From Vicugna vicugna (Eukaryota), in the NCBI GenBank assembly GCA_013265495.1, contig MU057651.1, positions 1,623,674-1,687,673 on the forward strand: DNA of 64,000 nucleotides, in the 5' to 3' direction. The number at the start of each line of letters is the position of its first letter. Positions within the stretch are counted from its first letter, which is position 1. Positions 1 through 13,560 of this stretch are shown in pieces. Made by a program: the position numbers and the translations under genes. Under the pieces are notes generated by a model. The model was not told the DNA's origin, did not search any database, and saw only the letters and a list, made by a program, of their open reading frames with translations.

Positions 1-302
1 TGCGCCTCCTTGGTTGCTAGAGTCTCTCCTTTCATTCTCTCTAACCCCTCTTCTTTCTCTGTCTTTCTCATTCGCTTTGCTCACTCCTCCTTACTCCTGC
101 AAGGATTTCAAGCACTTTATGAGAAACACGACAGAAAAATCAAAGGGGAGAGACAGAACACAAAATTAAGAACAGTATCCTCAAGTTGCCTAAAAAGTCC
201 CCGTCCTTTTTGTTGTTGTTTGTTCTTAAAAAAAGACAGCAAAGAAAGAATAGGACGCAATGAGAAAGCAAAATGTTAAAAATTGTGTTGAGTTTTTTTG
301 GA

Positions 303-440
303 GGGGGTGGGTATAGCTCAGTGGTGGAGTGCGTGCCCGGCATACATGAAGTCCTGGGTTCAATCCTTAGTACCTTCATTAAAAAAATAATAAAGAAATA
401 AACCTAATTACCTCCCCCAAACCCAAACAAACAAAAAAAC
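303..440 (+). mobile_element. tRNA-derived SINE (camelid-type)
   Basis: Pol III A box TAGCTCAGTGG, B box GGTTCAATCC, A-rich linker, AAACCTAATTACCTCCCCC motif and A-rich tail. About 11 related copies occur in the window. Confidence 0.85.
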
Positions 441-1110
441 AATGTGCAATAGAAAAGCAAAATAAACTTAAACAAGCAGAAGGAAATAATAAAGAGCAGA
501 AACCAGTTAAATTGAAAACAAAAATAATTTAGAACATCAGTAAAACATAGAGGGTTTTTTTTTTGTTTGTTTGTTTGCTTTTGTTTTCAAATTGTGCTGA
601 GTTTTAAGCCAAACTCCTAGAGGCCAACTTGTTCTACGGTAGTTGTCCTGCTCTCTGACAGCCCAGCTCTGTGCCGGTTTTCTGTTGAAAACTGGGCTCT
701 GGCTTTGCAGGGATTTTACAGTCGATAATCAGAGAGGATTCTGGAGGGAGTCGTGGGCAGAACCTCCCCGTGGATCAGTCCCGGAGGGCGGGGAGCTCGG
801 TCCGGAGCCGGTGATGGCTGGAGCTGGGTTTGGGGTGCACGGCGTTCATTACACCATTCTTGTCCACATTTGTATTGACCTGAAATCTCAAACAGCAGAA
901 ACGTACGAAACAGGGACCAGTTAACCACATTCCAGTGAGGGAGCGCCAGGCAGTTCGCCACAGCTGGGACTGGAAGACAGGACACAGTCTGCATGGGATG
1001 GGGATGCGCCTGGCAATGTCTCTTCCTTTTTTGCACTTTTCTCTTCCATGTTTTCTGTCATCAGAAAAATGGCTGCCGGGAAACAGGGATCCTTACCTCT
1101 TTCTTTTTAG

Positions 1111-2030
<920 letters not shown>

Positions 2031-2122
2031 TAGTCCACCTCCAGTTCGGAGTCTCACCCGTCAGGGCCCAGCTCTGCCTTCCAGGACCTCTGCCTCCCCG
2101 TCTGGCCTCTCGTGGTCCCTGA

Positions 2123-2528
<406 letters not shown>

Positions 2529-2839
2529 ATCAGCGTCGCGTCTCCTCGTGTCCGGCTTCGTGCGCGCTTTGTATGAGGGTTTGCGGGGGGCGGAGAAAGC
2601 ACACGTGTGTTCAGTTCTCAACTGGACATACATTTAGGGAACGGGGTGCATTTCAGAGGCAAGCAGACCTGCGTTGACTCCACAAGAGGTTTTTTTTTTT
2701 TTGGTGAAAGTTTCTTTGGAGCCCCTGCCACCGTGTTAGCCTGACTTGGCGTTCCTCTGAATATCTGAAGTATTTCCAGGGAAATGAGGCAAAGACTTGT
2801 CCGCTGGAAGGGTCGTCAGATTTCACTCTCTAAGCAAGA

Positions 2840-3900
2840 AGTCAGGTCCGGCCCCCGGCGTCGCCCCGCCCCGGCGTCGCCCCGCCCCCAGACCCCTGGA
2901 ACCTGCGCGCCCCGCTCCATGTAGCTCAGTCGTGGGGTCCCCTCGCTGGGAGAGCCGAGGCCGGCAGGAGGGAGAATCCGTGGTGTCCCCTGAGGCCTCC
3001 GGTGAGTCTGGCAGCAGCCACGCTTGGGGCGTCCCCAGGTCCCCCGGCCCGGGCAGTCGGGCCTTGGGGCCTCACTGGCTTCGGCTGCCTCAGTCGGCTT
3101 CTCGGCCCTTGGTCACCAGCGCGGCCAGTTTCTGCTGCTCGGCTCTGCGCTGAGCGTTCGCTCCGGCTGCTCCCTGGGTGCGCGCTGGGGTTGCGCTCGT
3201 GCCGCGTGGCAGCCGGCTCTGACTTTTCGGGGTGCAGGGGAGCCGGTGGGGACCGCGGTCATAAAGCCCCTCCTCCCGGACTCTGAGGTCCCGCCCGAGC
3301 GAGGTGGTGGCCAGGTCAGTGCAGGGTGTACCGAGCCGAGCACCGTCCAGACGCCGACACCCCCTTCCCTCCTCTGTGCTGGAGGCTGTGGTGTGGACGG
3401 GGAGTGGCCTGCGGTTTCTCCCTGGGGTCCCCAGACGGTCCTCTGGGCACCCCGAATTTGAGGCTGCCCAGGAGGGAGCAGCCTGGTGGGCGGAGGTCCG
3501 GCTGGAGCCCCCCGGAGGCCGGCAGGTCCTGGAATGTGTGTGTCCGCTGGCCCGCCTGCAGGAGCTGTTCCCAGGCCGAGATCCCTGGGCCCCCAGATTC
3601 CCGAGCGCCCCAGACTCCAGGGCTGAGGCTGGCCCCCCACCGGGGTGCGTGTCTGCCAGTCCGTGAGACCCGGGCTCAGGCCCAGGCTAGGTCAGTCTCC
3701 CCGCAGCCTCCGGCTCGCTGAGCTGGGCTGGCCGCCGACGTGTGTGGCCCCTGCAGCCCACGTGTCCCGCCTGGGAGCCAGCGGGCCGTGGACACGGCTG
3801 ACCCCTGTCCGTGCTGTGGCCAGGCCTCAGGCTGCTGGGCTGAGGATGCGGACGGGCCCAGCGCTGCGGCCTGCGGGGGACCGACAGGCTGGTCCTCTTC
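2840..3900. promoter_or_regulatory. CpG-island-like region with tandem GC boxes
   Basis: Very high GC and CpG density. The unit ccccggcgtcgccccgc occurs twice at about 2853-2889 and contains CCCCGCCC (Sp/KLF) boxes. Confidence 0.45.
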
Positions 3901-5069
3901 GCACCCCTCCGTGCAGGTGTGACTAACGGGGTCCCACCTGGTCCAGCAGAGAGAACCCCATGGCTAACAGTATCTGAACCTTTTTCTTTTGGTAAAGAGG
4001 GTGGCACTTAACCTTCATTTACAGGACACTGCGAGATACCAAATTCCACATAGAAATGGGAAACCCTTCGGGAGGACAAGCAAGAAAAGGGCTGGTTCCC
4101 TGCACGGTGCCCAGTCTCCCCGCCGCGGCCCCCCACCCGCCATCCCAGAGCCTGCTCACTGACCACCTCCTGGGGACGGGGCCAGGCTGAGTATCAGGGC
4201 CCCTTGGACCAAGTTCTTTTCTCCCTGACATGGAGGCTCCCAGGTGGGCCTGCCTCGCCCTCTGCTGGCCATGAGAAGGAGGGCAGGTCACCACTCATGT
4301 GGCAGCCGGTGTCCCCAACCGCGGCCTCACCGGGGTTGTGGGCCAGTGATGACTCGCAGCAGGGCAGGACGGTGCCCACATGCAGGGAACGCTTGAACTC
4401 TGGTCCTGATGGGATAAAAATAACCACCACCCGCATTTCTGCCGGGACATCTGAACGCACCGGACTAGTTTCTGGATGACACCGGAGCCGACGTCCTCCA
4501 ATGCGTGTTCTCCGGGTTCCTCAGCATGCCTCCAAAGACCCGACCCTCCCTCCCCCGACTTCGCCCACCCCGCACCCGGCGGGGGCTGGGGGGACTTTGG
4601 CCGGGTCCCCCTGTCTCTTCCTTCATCCCAGGGAGATGAGTTGGTTTCCAGCCTCTGAGTGTCCTTGTCTCCCTGCCTTTCTGTTGTGGATTCAGCCTCC
4701 TTCTCCGCACCCCACCACCCCAAATATGATATTTATAAGCTGATTTGAGATGCCTTGTGACAGAGGGTCAGGAAAGAGAATTCCGATTTGCAGTGATGGA
4801 TGCCTGAGACACACAGCCCGCCGGCCCTGCACAGACCAGTCCTGGCACTGGGCTCAACATGCATGACCCGTTCTCTGCCGGGCAAGCCTCCGCTTTGCAG
4901 AGAATCCCCAGGAAGTTCCGGTCTCAGGATGCTTTGATATAAAGACCGTTCTGGTACCTCCGTGGTTTCCTCAGCGGCTTCCAGGGCCAAAGAAACCCCT
5001 GCCCTGGGTACGATGCAAGCAATCATCAGCCTTAAACTCCTTCCCCAGACTGTCGCCTGCAGGGACGCA

Positions 5070-5468
5070 CATGCTGTTTGGTTTCCCAGGCCTCCTGTAA
5101 ACCCTCGGTGGTAACTCCCAAGGGCAGGCGGGGCGGGCAGCCGCTGACATTGATTTCCCACAGTGACGGAGACTGTGCGGCCGAGATTGAGGTGTCGGCA
5201 AGGCTGGCGTCTGGGGAGGCCTCTTCCTGGCCTGCAGGCGGCCACCACCTGGCTGTGTCCTCATGCAGCCTTCCCTCTGTGCACGCGGAGAGAGAGCGAT
5301 CTCTCGTGCCTCTGCCTCTTGTAAGAACACCCGTCCCATCGAAGGCGGGCCCACCCTCATGACATTCAGCCCTAATCACCTCCCTATCGTCTTATCTCCA
5401 AGAACAGTCACCTCGGGGGCTGGGGCTCCCCGTAGGAGTTTTGACGGGACACAGTTCCACCCCCAGCA
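5070..5468 (-). mobile_element. MaLR (MLT1/MST-like) solo LTR
   Basis: Typical MLT1 segments: ...aggtgtcggcaaggctgg...ctcttcctggcctgcag...tgtgtcctca...cccaccctcatgac...ctaatcacctccc...tctccaagaacagtcac...gggacacagttc. Confidence 0.75.
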
Positions 5469-7559
5469 CTCTCCGTCCCTTCCTCAGCTCTCCCGGTGAT
5501 GCAGGTTTCATGGTGGGTCTCCCATTTCCTGATCCCTGTCAAACCAGCAAACCTTGGCTTCTGTGCGTCATGACAGAGGGGGGACCGGTGAGCTGGGTTC
5601 TTTCCTCTGGTTGCCATGGTGACACGTGAACTTTCACACTGCTCTCTATGCGTCATTGGCCGAGCAGAGAGACGTGGAACGGGTGGTCGTCCAGGTAGAC
5701 GGCCGGCAAGAGGCGGTGGGCCTGGCGCCGGAGGATCTGGGAGCAGGCGACGTTGGGAGAACCCCAGCTCGCTGACTGCATTTCCGTAGCCGCCACTCGC
5801 GAGCCTCCTTTACGCCAGGAACGGCGCTATTTCATCCGTGGTGCTCATTTCAGGTGTGCTGGCCGAGGTCATGGTTGGCCAGCGCCACGCAGCTGGTTAA
5901 CCGCAGGCAGGACCTGGAATTTCTGCCCGGCTGCTTCCAGTGCCAGACCCGCCTTCCCTGGGAACCCCGCCCCTGCCTGGCGACCCCAAGCCCGACACCC
6001 CACCCCTGAATCGGCCTCTCCCCTTCTCTCTTTCTGTAATGACATCACGGAGCCTCGCTTTGTCCCCGTCCCTGCTGGGCTCACGGCCTCCGGGTTGTGT
6101 TAAGGGGGCTGGAGGCTGGGATGGTTATTTGCAGAGGACCGTGGGGAGGGGAGGCAGGCTCCAGGGGCGAAGTCCGTTCTCTTTCAGTCACTTGTGTCCG
6201 TGGGGCTCCCGAGGGAAATGGAGAGAGACGCAGAGGCTCTCCTGAGGGCAAGGACAGGCTGGCCTCCACCCTGGGGCAGCCTCCCCCTGGGAGCTGTCAT
6301 CTACCGTCCACCATGGGCAGACCCCCTTCCCCTCGGGTCAGCAAGGAAAGTAGAAATCAGGCCGAACCTCTACAGGAGAGGAATTTACTGTGGAGAATTG
6401 GTTGTGTGGGTGACGGGAGAGCTGGGAAGCCGAACAGGCCTGTTGGACTGAAGCCAGCGGCAGCAGGAAGCCCCTGCGCCCCCAGGCTGGGGAAGGATGG
6501 TCGGGCAGGAGGCCGAATCGCTGGGACCCAGGGTCAGGATGGGAGCGGAGCCCCGGTGGGGGGTGTGGAGGGCCTCCACCCAGAGTCCTCCACAAGCCAC
6601 GTTAGCTAGCAAGGCCACACCGCAGTGGCTCAGCGCAGGGACGCAGGGACACGGGGCCACCTCTCCTGCTCACCGAGCATTTCCCTGACTGCCCCTTGCT
6701 CAGGGGCTTCACCCCTTAGGGAGGTCCCGGGGCCCAAATTCCCCCATCTTTTTGTTCCGCTGTCCCCTCTGTTGGAAAACTTGAACTAGGAAATGGCATA
6801 CGGCCCTCCCCTCCCTCTGTGGGTGCCTGGTGGGGTGGGGGGCTAAGCAGACCTGTGGGGCACCCCCTCTCAGCCCAGCAGCCACCCCACACTGTGGGGA
6901 GGGGGTGCCCCGGGACGGAGGCTGCCTCTGCCCACAGGCTCAGTCCTTCTGTCTTTCCCTGGACTTGGTAAAACTTCGGGAGGGGAAGGGAGAGGTGGGT
7001 CAGGGCCGGAGCTGTGCTGGTTGGCAATCTAGGGAGCTTCTGGGGTGAGACCTGAAATTGGCCGCTCCCGCGGAGGGTGGGGAGGTGAGAAGAAGGCGCA
7101 AGTCCCTCCAGAGGGGCAGGTGGCCGGGATTCACCTATGAGGCGTGTTCTGGGCGCTGCCAGGTGGGCAGGTCTCCGCACCGCCCGCCAGCATCGTCCAG
7201 CTCCCCCTGAGGCCTTGCTGGGGTTCAGCCGCGTGACAGCACCGCGTCACCTCTCCCGAGGCTGCGCGCTGGGGACCCCGGGTGGGCCGTCCGCTCCCCG
7301 CACCGGGACCCCGACGGCGGCCCAGCCCCTGGCTGTGCACACGTGCGTGGCTGCGTACGCACAGAGTGGTGACCTGGCAGCTGCCGCAGCCGTGCAGGTC
7401 CAGGCTCACAGCTTCCCGGCCACACCCCCTGCTCGGGCTGTCGTGGGCCTGGCCACAGAGGAGAGGTGAGCAGAGAAGTTCATTTAAAAAATGATTTCCT
7501 GAGGCTGAAACTCCCAAAATGCAGAACAAACCATTTTAAACTGAATATTTCGTATATTC

Positions 7560-7990
7560 TCAGTGTGCGACCTTCCACCTGCTTCCAGACCCGTGCCCTT
7601 CGCTCCAGAGGGTGACCCTGCACCCCTTTAAACCTCTCCTCCCCGCCTCCCCTTGCCTGGCCACCACCGGTCTGTGGCCTTACCTGCACCTGCGTGGAGT
7701 CCCACCTGCGTGGCCTTTTTTTTCGGGCTTCTTCCTCTGGCTGCAGTGTCTTCTGGGCTCATTCATGCTCTAAGGGTGTCCGCTCTGCTCTCCTTCTTGA
7801 GGCTGCATGGCCGTCCGTGTGCGGATTTGCCACATTTTGTTTATCCACCATCTTTAGATGGACACTTTGGGTGGTCTCCACCCTTTGGCAGCTGCGGATA
7901 CGCCGCAGGGAACACGGGTGTGCGTGCACTTGTTTGAGTCCCTGTTTTGGATTTTTGCGAATCGAATTTCAAAGTCACATGGGAGTTCTT
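7560..7990 (-). mobile_element. Old L1M 3' fragment
   Basis: ccacattttgtttatcca...gatggacactttggg...tgtttgagtccctg resembles antisense L1M 3' sequence. Confidence 0.65.
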
Positions 7991-9381
7991 GGCTTAACTA
8001 AAATTGCCGTCTTGAATCTTGGAAAACTGCTCTGGGCAGCAGCGCATCCTCACGGGTGCAGCTGTGTGAATACCACACGCGTGGCACCCTCCCCTGAAAG
8101 CAGTGGGTGGCGTCACGTGCGAGGCCCCAGACGCTGGCTGCTGTGAGAAGGAAACGGGGAGAACCCCACGGGTCAGGGCTCCTCCATACACGGGAGCTTT
8201 TAAAAAGAGTGACAGCTCCCTGTGATGTAAAACGTTTTCAGCGCCACCTGCAAAGGGAGCCAGGGCAGCAATGCCGAGGCTGCAGGACCGGGCTCTGGGG
8301 GGTGATGGCCAAGGGGGGTCTTGGGGGAGCATCGGGCGAACCGTGCCTGTGTGCCAGCCCCCCGCTACCCTGCTGGGGAACGGCTCTTACCCTGGTGCCA
8401 CAAAGTATGTAATCAGTAAGAGAATAAAAATGTTAAATTACGTTCTTTAAAAAAAAAAAGTGGATTTACGGGATCATTGGCTCCATTCCTCGCTGAAGCT
8501 TGTGCCATTTCCTGTTGCAGAAGCCACCGTCCCGAGTTTTCATTGCTTGTGAAAATCGCTTGATGAAGTGAAGACCACAGGAGTCTCGTTGCCTGACATC
8601 CCTCTGACCACAGCTGGGGGCAACAGGAACCCAGGAGCCTGGGCCCCAGGGCGATGGAGCAACTGCCGCTCAGCTGAGTCCATCATCCCGGTTAAGACGG
8701 TGCCTGTGTGCAAGGGTCCCCAGGCCCCTCTGAGCAGGGGCCCCCACTGTGGATGCTCCCAGCCCTTCGTCCATAGCCCTTCCGTCGGGCGGCAGTGCAG
8801 AATTACAGGTGGGAGAGTGGCGGCGTTCCTGCCTTCCCCGGGCATCCCGGGTTTACCCACGGACCCCCTGCCCCGCCCGGTGCCCTGGGGAGCACAGATC
8901 CTGAGCTTTGGGGGAAACGGGTGACAGAGGTGGACGAAGGGAGTGCGTCAGCATGGTCATCCTTGAACTTGAACCTCCCCGCCCGACTGCCCCGTCCCCT
9001 GGCCCCCATCCCCTCCCCGCCCCAGACCGGCAACATTTCCATGCTTCCCCTGATGGTCCACCTCGGGACCTGCACAGCGCACCCTGTTTCGCTGGGTTAG
9101 TCTGGTTTGTCAGGGTCTCAGGAGGGGGCTGGGGTAATTCTACCCAATTAACATCAAGCGAGACAGAGGCTGAGGGCTGGACGCGAGCATCGCTTCTGGG
9201 CACACGCGTCGGTTGCATGTGTCCTTGGAAATGTGCGTGCCCGGGACAAGGCCCGGGGGCTGCCGCCTGTAACCCAGCCCTCCCAGAACTCTGGACGGCC
9301 AGTGGGAAGGTAGCACGTCCCCACAGATGCAGAACAAGAGGGCCTTCAATGCCCGCCTTCTTCAGTCCCCAGTAAGCCGTC

Positions 9382-9450
9382 TTGCATCACTCCCTTTTGT
9401 TGGGATTGACAAATAAGCACCATGCTTTCGCCCAGCCCGGCGGATATAAG
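9382..9450 (+). promoter_or_regulatory. ABCA13: Putative ABCA13 proximal promoter: TATAAG box and C/EBP-ATF-like element
   Basis: TATAAG at 9445-9450, about 60 nt upstream of the ATG. TTGCATCA at 9382-9389 (reverse strand TGATGCAA). Confidence 0.5.
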
Positions 9451-9506
9451 CCGGGTGCTGGGGGCTGGCGGGGGCCGGCTCCCTGACCGAGCGCAGGAGG
9501 GCAGGC

Positions 9507-9575
9507 ATGGGGCGGGCTGCGCGCCAGTTCCGAGCCCTGCTCTGGAAAAACTGGCTCTGCAGAATCAGGCACCCG
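9507..9575 (+). CDS. ABCA13: ABCA13 coding exon 1 (69 nt)
   Basis: Kozak context ggcATGG. Translates [23 protein letters not shown]. Donor CCG|gtgagt. Confidence 0.95.
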
Positions 9576-10939
9576 GTGAGTGAGTGCGGCGTGCCCCGCA
9601 GGGTGGCGGGGAGGTGGGTGAGGTCGGGGACGAGGGGCTGGTCCCCACACTCCCCGCAGGGAACTCGCGGAGGCCGGGTGACTGAACACCAGAACCCACC
9701 CTCAGGGCCAGAGTAGCTGAACCATTGTGAGCAGCTCAGAGTCAAGGCTGCGGCATTGGGTCAGAATAGGGCTAATTTAGAAATCTTCTTTAAAAAAAAA
9801 AAGGGGAGGGAATTTGAACTATAATAGATGTTCTGATGTAAAAACTGAACTGTGGACCTCCTCCTTGAGGGGACGGCATGGAATGCATTTAATGCAGAAA
9901 CACAGCCTCACAGGTAGCGAGTTCAGTCCGTGAGGCTGCACGGTGTCCGTGACCGGAGGCGGCACGAAGCATCACTCGGTGTAGTTCTTTGATGCCAGAC
10001 CTTGAGCGTCAACTCACATCTTTCGGGAACCGTGTCCAGACTGCATCCTGGGGCTCTCCTAAGTGGCTTGGACTTGCTCAGACCCAGTGTGCGCTGATGC
10101 CACATAAATACTCAGCGAGGGGGTGTCTTCATGGAGCAGAAGTCTTACTGTTCTGACCGGCTCGCCTTTACTCCTAACGCTGCTGGAGTAACATGAGCAC
10201 TTGTAAGCGTCACTTTCCGTGGACGTCGCTCCGTGTCCTTCCTCGCGTCAGGGCCCACACTTAGCTTATGGAGTTCGTTTATTTTTTTATTCTGCTGGGA
10301 GAAGTTCAGCCATTGACACTGAATTTCACTTTGCTGAATGCTCACATGCAGACTCTTCCTTCTTTCGCCTTCAAAATAAGGTCAATGTTAACAATGGTAA
10401 AAAAAAAAAACAGGTGTTTTCTCTCATGCAGAGATTTCTCAGGGTTAGAAAGACTTCAGTTGGAAATTTGCACAGACGCTGTGAAGTCAGGAGCTAAAAG
10501 TGAGACTCTCGATGGATTGTCAGTGTGTTGGTATCTGTGTAAGCTTTTATTTTTTTCAATTTACGAATGGCGTATTTTATTCACGTACTGTTGGTTTGGG
10601 GAGATCTAAGCCTATTTCCCCAGGAAAGAATTTTGCAGGTGGAAGTCAGGTACCCAGGCTCCACTCTGTCTGGTTTTTGCTACCAGCTCGTTTAAACCTC
10701 AGACCCGCTGAGTGGGCCAGGTACCGGGACTGACTCTCCTTCGTCACTGGACACCTGAGTTGTTTAAATGTCTTCATGGTTACGAACGCTGCTGAGATCA
10801 ACACCCACATCAGAAATGTCTTATGTGTTTATGAATTTGAGGACCGCTCCTATGAGCGGTAGCTCTGGCATCTCATTATTTGCCTTATTTTTCTTGTTGG
10901 TATTTATCACCTGGTGTCACGTGGATTTGCCTGTCAGTT

Positions 10940-11080
10940 AATTTCCTCCGGAGCTTAGATTCCCTGGGGCAGAGAGTTTCTCCTGGTTTGTTCACTGACG
11001 TGTTCCCCAGCACCCGGAACAGTGTCTGGAACCTAAGAGGATAGGTGTCCAGTAGACATTTGTCGAATGGGAGAGGAAGC
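10940..11080 (+). mobile_element. L2 3'-end remnant
   Basis: tttgttcactgacgtgttccccagcacccggaacagtgtctgg...atttgtcgaatg is typical of an L2 3' end. Confidence 0.6.
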
Positions 11081-12142
11081 AAAGAATACAAGATTTATTG
11101 CAGCTCTGCTGTGTGCTCGACGCTGGGCGAGCTGGCCGAGTGCCTGCCCTGAGCTCCAGGCGCTGTGACTCAGGACCGAGGAGAGCGATGCGGTGCACAC
11201 GGTCGTACCTAAGGAACCTGCTTCTGGGGGGTCTCTCGTACCCACGTCCCTGCACACGTAGGGCATGGTGTTTGCACCAGTGATTCGTTACAGCAAGACG
11301 GTGGAAACAACACAGGCGTTTGGTGCAGAGACCTGGGCTCAGGTCCCAGCTTTGCCACTTCCCCGGTGACTCGTGTGGGCAAGTTCCCTACCTTGGCTTC
11401 CCTCCCTGTGCAGTGGGATCGCTGCTAAGGGTGAAACGAGTCTAGCGAGCGTGCAGCATGAGTGAGAGCTGTTTCCTTGCTTGGCCTCGGGCCAAAATGG
11501 GGGTGGTAGGAGCGGGTGGGCTCGGGCGTCCCCGGGGGAGGAGGTGGCCCCGTGGAGTGCGAGGATGGGGGGCAGAGCCAAGGGCAACTTCCACCTGCAC
11601 ATCTGGGTCAGGATGGAGCCCGGGGGCTGCAGAGATGGCTTCGCGTCTCCTCACGCTATTGCCTTGGAAATACTGGGGCCGGACCCCTCTGGGCGATGTC
11701 TGTGGACCGACGTCTTTACTGCAGTGTCCTCCTGCTCCCGGAGGACAACCTGTCCATTCTTTGCTTCTGCACGGCCGCTTCCCGACCGTGTTTGAAATGG
11801 GGTGTCGGCGTAGCTGGGGGGTAATCAGTCTGACCGGGAGATGAGATGGCCTCAGAGAAATGTTCATTTAGTAAATAAAAATCAAGCTGTATGTGGCAGG
11901 CGAGCATACCTTCGAGGGAAGCATGTTTCATGTCATATTTAATTAAAAAAACCTCGTTATTATATTTTATTCCTATAGTCCCTTTAGGAGACCTCTTATT
12001 ATGGACATTTCAGACAGAAAAATAGAACAAATAGTGCAGAATGAACGAACAGTAATCACATGTGTATTCATACTTTCTTAGCTTTACAGATTGTTGAAAT
12101 TCTACTACTTTGGGGAAAAAAATTAAGTAGAAGCACTTTAAA

Positions 12143-12299
12143 TTTTTTTATTTTTTTTTTTCTGGCAGGGGAAGGTAATTAGGTTTTTTTAAATTTATGT
12201 ATTTATTTTATTTTTTCTTAACGGAGGTGCTGGGGATGGAACCCAGGACCTCGTGCATGCTAAGCATGTGCTCCGCCTCTGAGCTACACCCTCCCCCCC
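12143..12299 (-). mobile_element. tRNA-derived SINE
   Basis: Reverse complement of the same family (ggtaattaggttt...gaacccaggacctcgtgcatgctaagc...tgagctacaccctcccc). Flanked by the direct repeat gaagcac. Confidence 0.88.
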
Positions 12300-12520
12300 G
12301 AAGCACATTTTTATATCTACTTTAATACCACTGATTTTTTTCTCTTGAATTTTATTTATTGCGCAAACAGCAGGACAACAATAAAGAAACATTTAAAAAT
12401 CCGTTTAAGCAGAAGCACATTTTTGTAACTACTGAAAAACTACGTGTTTTTTTTCTCTTGAATTTTATTTATTGCACAAAGAGCACTTTTAACAGTAAGG
12501 GACATTTAAAAAAATCATCT
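12300..12520. repeat. Diverged tandem duplication of about 112 bp
   Basis: gaagcacattttt...ttttttctcttgaattttatttattgc(g/a)caaa...acatttaaaaa occurs twice in tandem. Confidence 0.75.
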
Positions 12521-13440
12521 AAAATTGCGTTGCCCTAATGTGCCTGCTCTTCTACGCTTTTCTCTCTTGCTATTCGGCGTGCATGATACACTGTTTCATG
12601 ATTCAAGTCAGAGCTTTTTGCTTTTTACTTAATGTTGAATCCCAGCGTTTTGCAATTTGCTGTGCAGTCCTCATTAACGGACGGTTTAACTGAATGCTAG
12701 TTTATCATGTGGATGCATGTGATGTATGTAGCCACACCCTTACGTGGGGCATGAACGTTCTTGCCTGTTCACACTGCTGTGAAGGACGCGTCTCCTCCTA
12801 GGTGGCTGCCCTTGACTGAACTTCCCCAGCAGGGTTTCCGGGTCCGAGGTGAGGACGCCTGCGCTGGGGGCAGGTGGGTCGCAGCCGATGGTGCCCCCAG
12901 GAGGGTCCGCGTGGGCTGTTTCTGAGCGACCTTGGAAACGGCTCCTGGCAGGGAGCCACGGTTTCCCACAGGAAGTTATGTATTTTGTCCTAACCATAAA
13001 TCAGTCTGGTATGTTGATTCTCATTTTAATAAAACTTAAGTAACGCAAGAGGAACAATGTGAGCCGAGTTTCAGCTCCTTGGCTGTCTCCTCGCTCTGCA
13101 GCCTTTGGGGGTTTTCCTGTAATTTATTGAAAAGGCTGGCCCACAGCCTGGACACTGTGGATGTGTCCAGGTCACTGTGGACCAGTGACCGTTCCCCTGG
13201 GTCACGGTTGCCTCCGGTCTCCGGCTTCTGTTGAAATCTTCCTCCCTGTTCCTCCTCGCCGCCTGTGACTCCCGCTCCCCGCTCCCCAGCTGGACCAGCC
13301 TCCCGTTCCTTTCTCATTAGGGAAAGCTGGTGCCAGCCCTGGGGCTCGGTGAGCTTTTCCTGAACACTGGGGCTAGCGGAGGGGGCGTGGAGCACACTTT
13401 ATTGTAAGGACATCATTATCCTAAAAACCTGTGGTCCAGG

Positions 13441-13560
13441 AGGGGAAGGTCTAGCTCAGGGGTAGAGCACATGCTTGCATGCATGAGGCCCTGGGTTCAA
13501 TCCCCAGCACCTCCATCAAAATAAGTAAATGAATAAACAAACCTAATTACCCTCCCCCCC
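13441..13560 (+). mobile_element. tRNA-derived SINE
   Basis: ctagctcaggggtagagc...ctgggttcaatccccagcacctcc...aaacctaattaccctccccccc. Confidence 0.88.

Noticed and set aside
20..180. Long pyrimidine tract plus AG suggesting an extra UPP1 exon
   Set aside because: The downstream sequence does not encode UPP1-like peptide and no convincing donor follows.
303..380. tRNA gene (A and B boxes)
   Set aside because: No full cloverleaf, followed by a SINE body and A-rich tail, and present in about 11 diverged copies.
7137..7470. 110-aa ORF ending at a donor-like GAG|gtgagc upstream of ABCA13
   Set aside because: No recognisable homology and no clear acceptor or promoter. Such ORFs and donor-like sites are expected by chance in GC-rich DNA.
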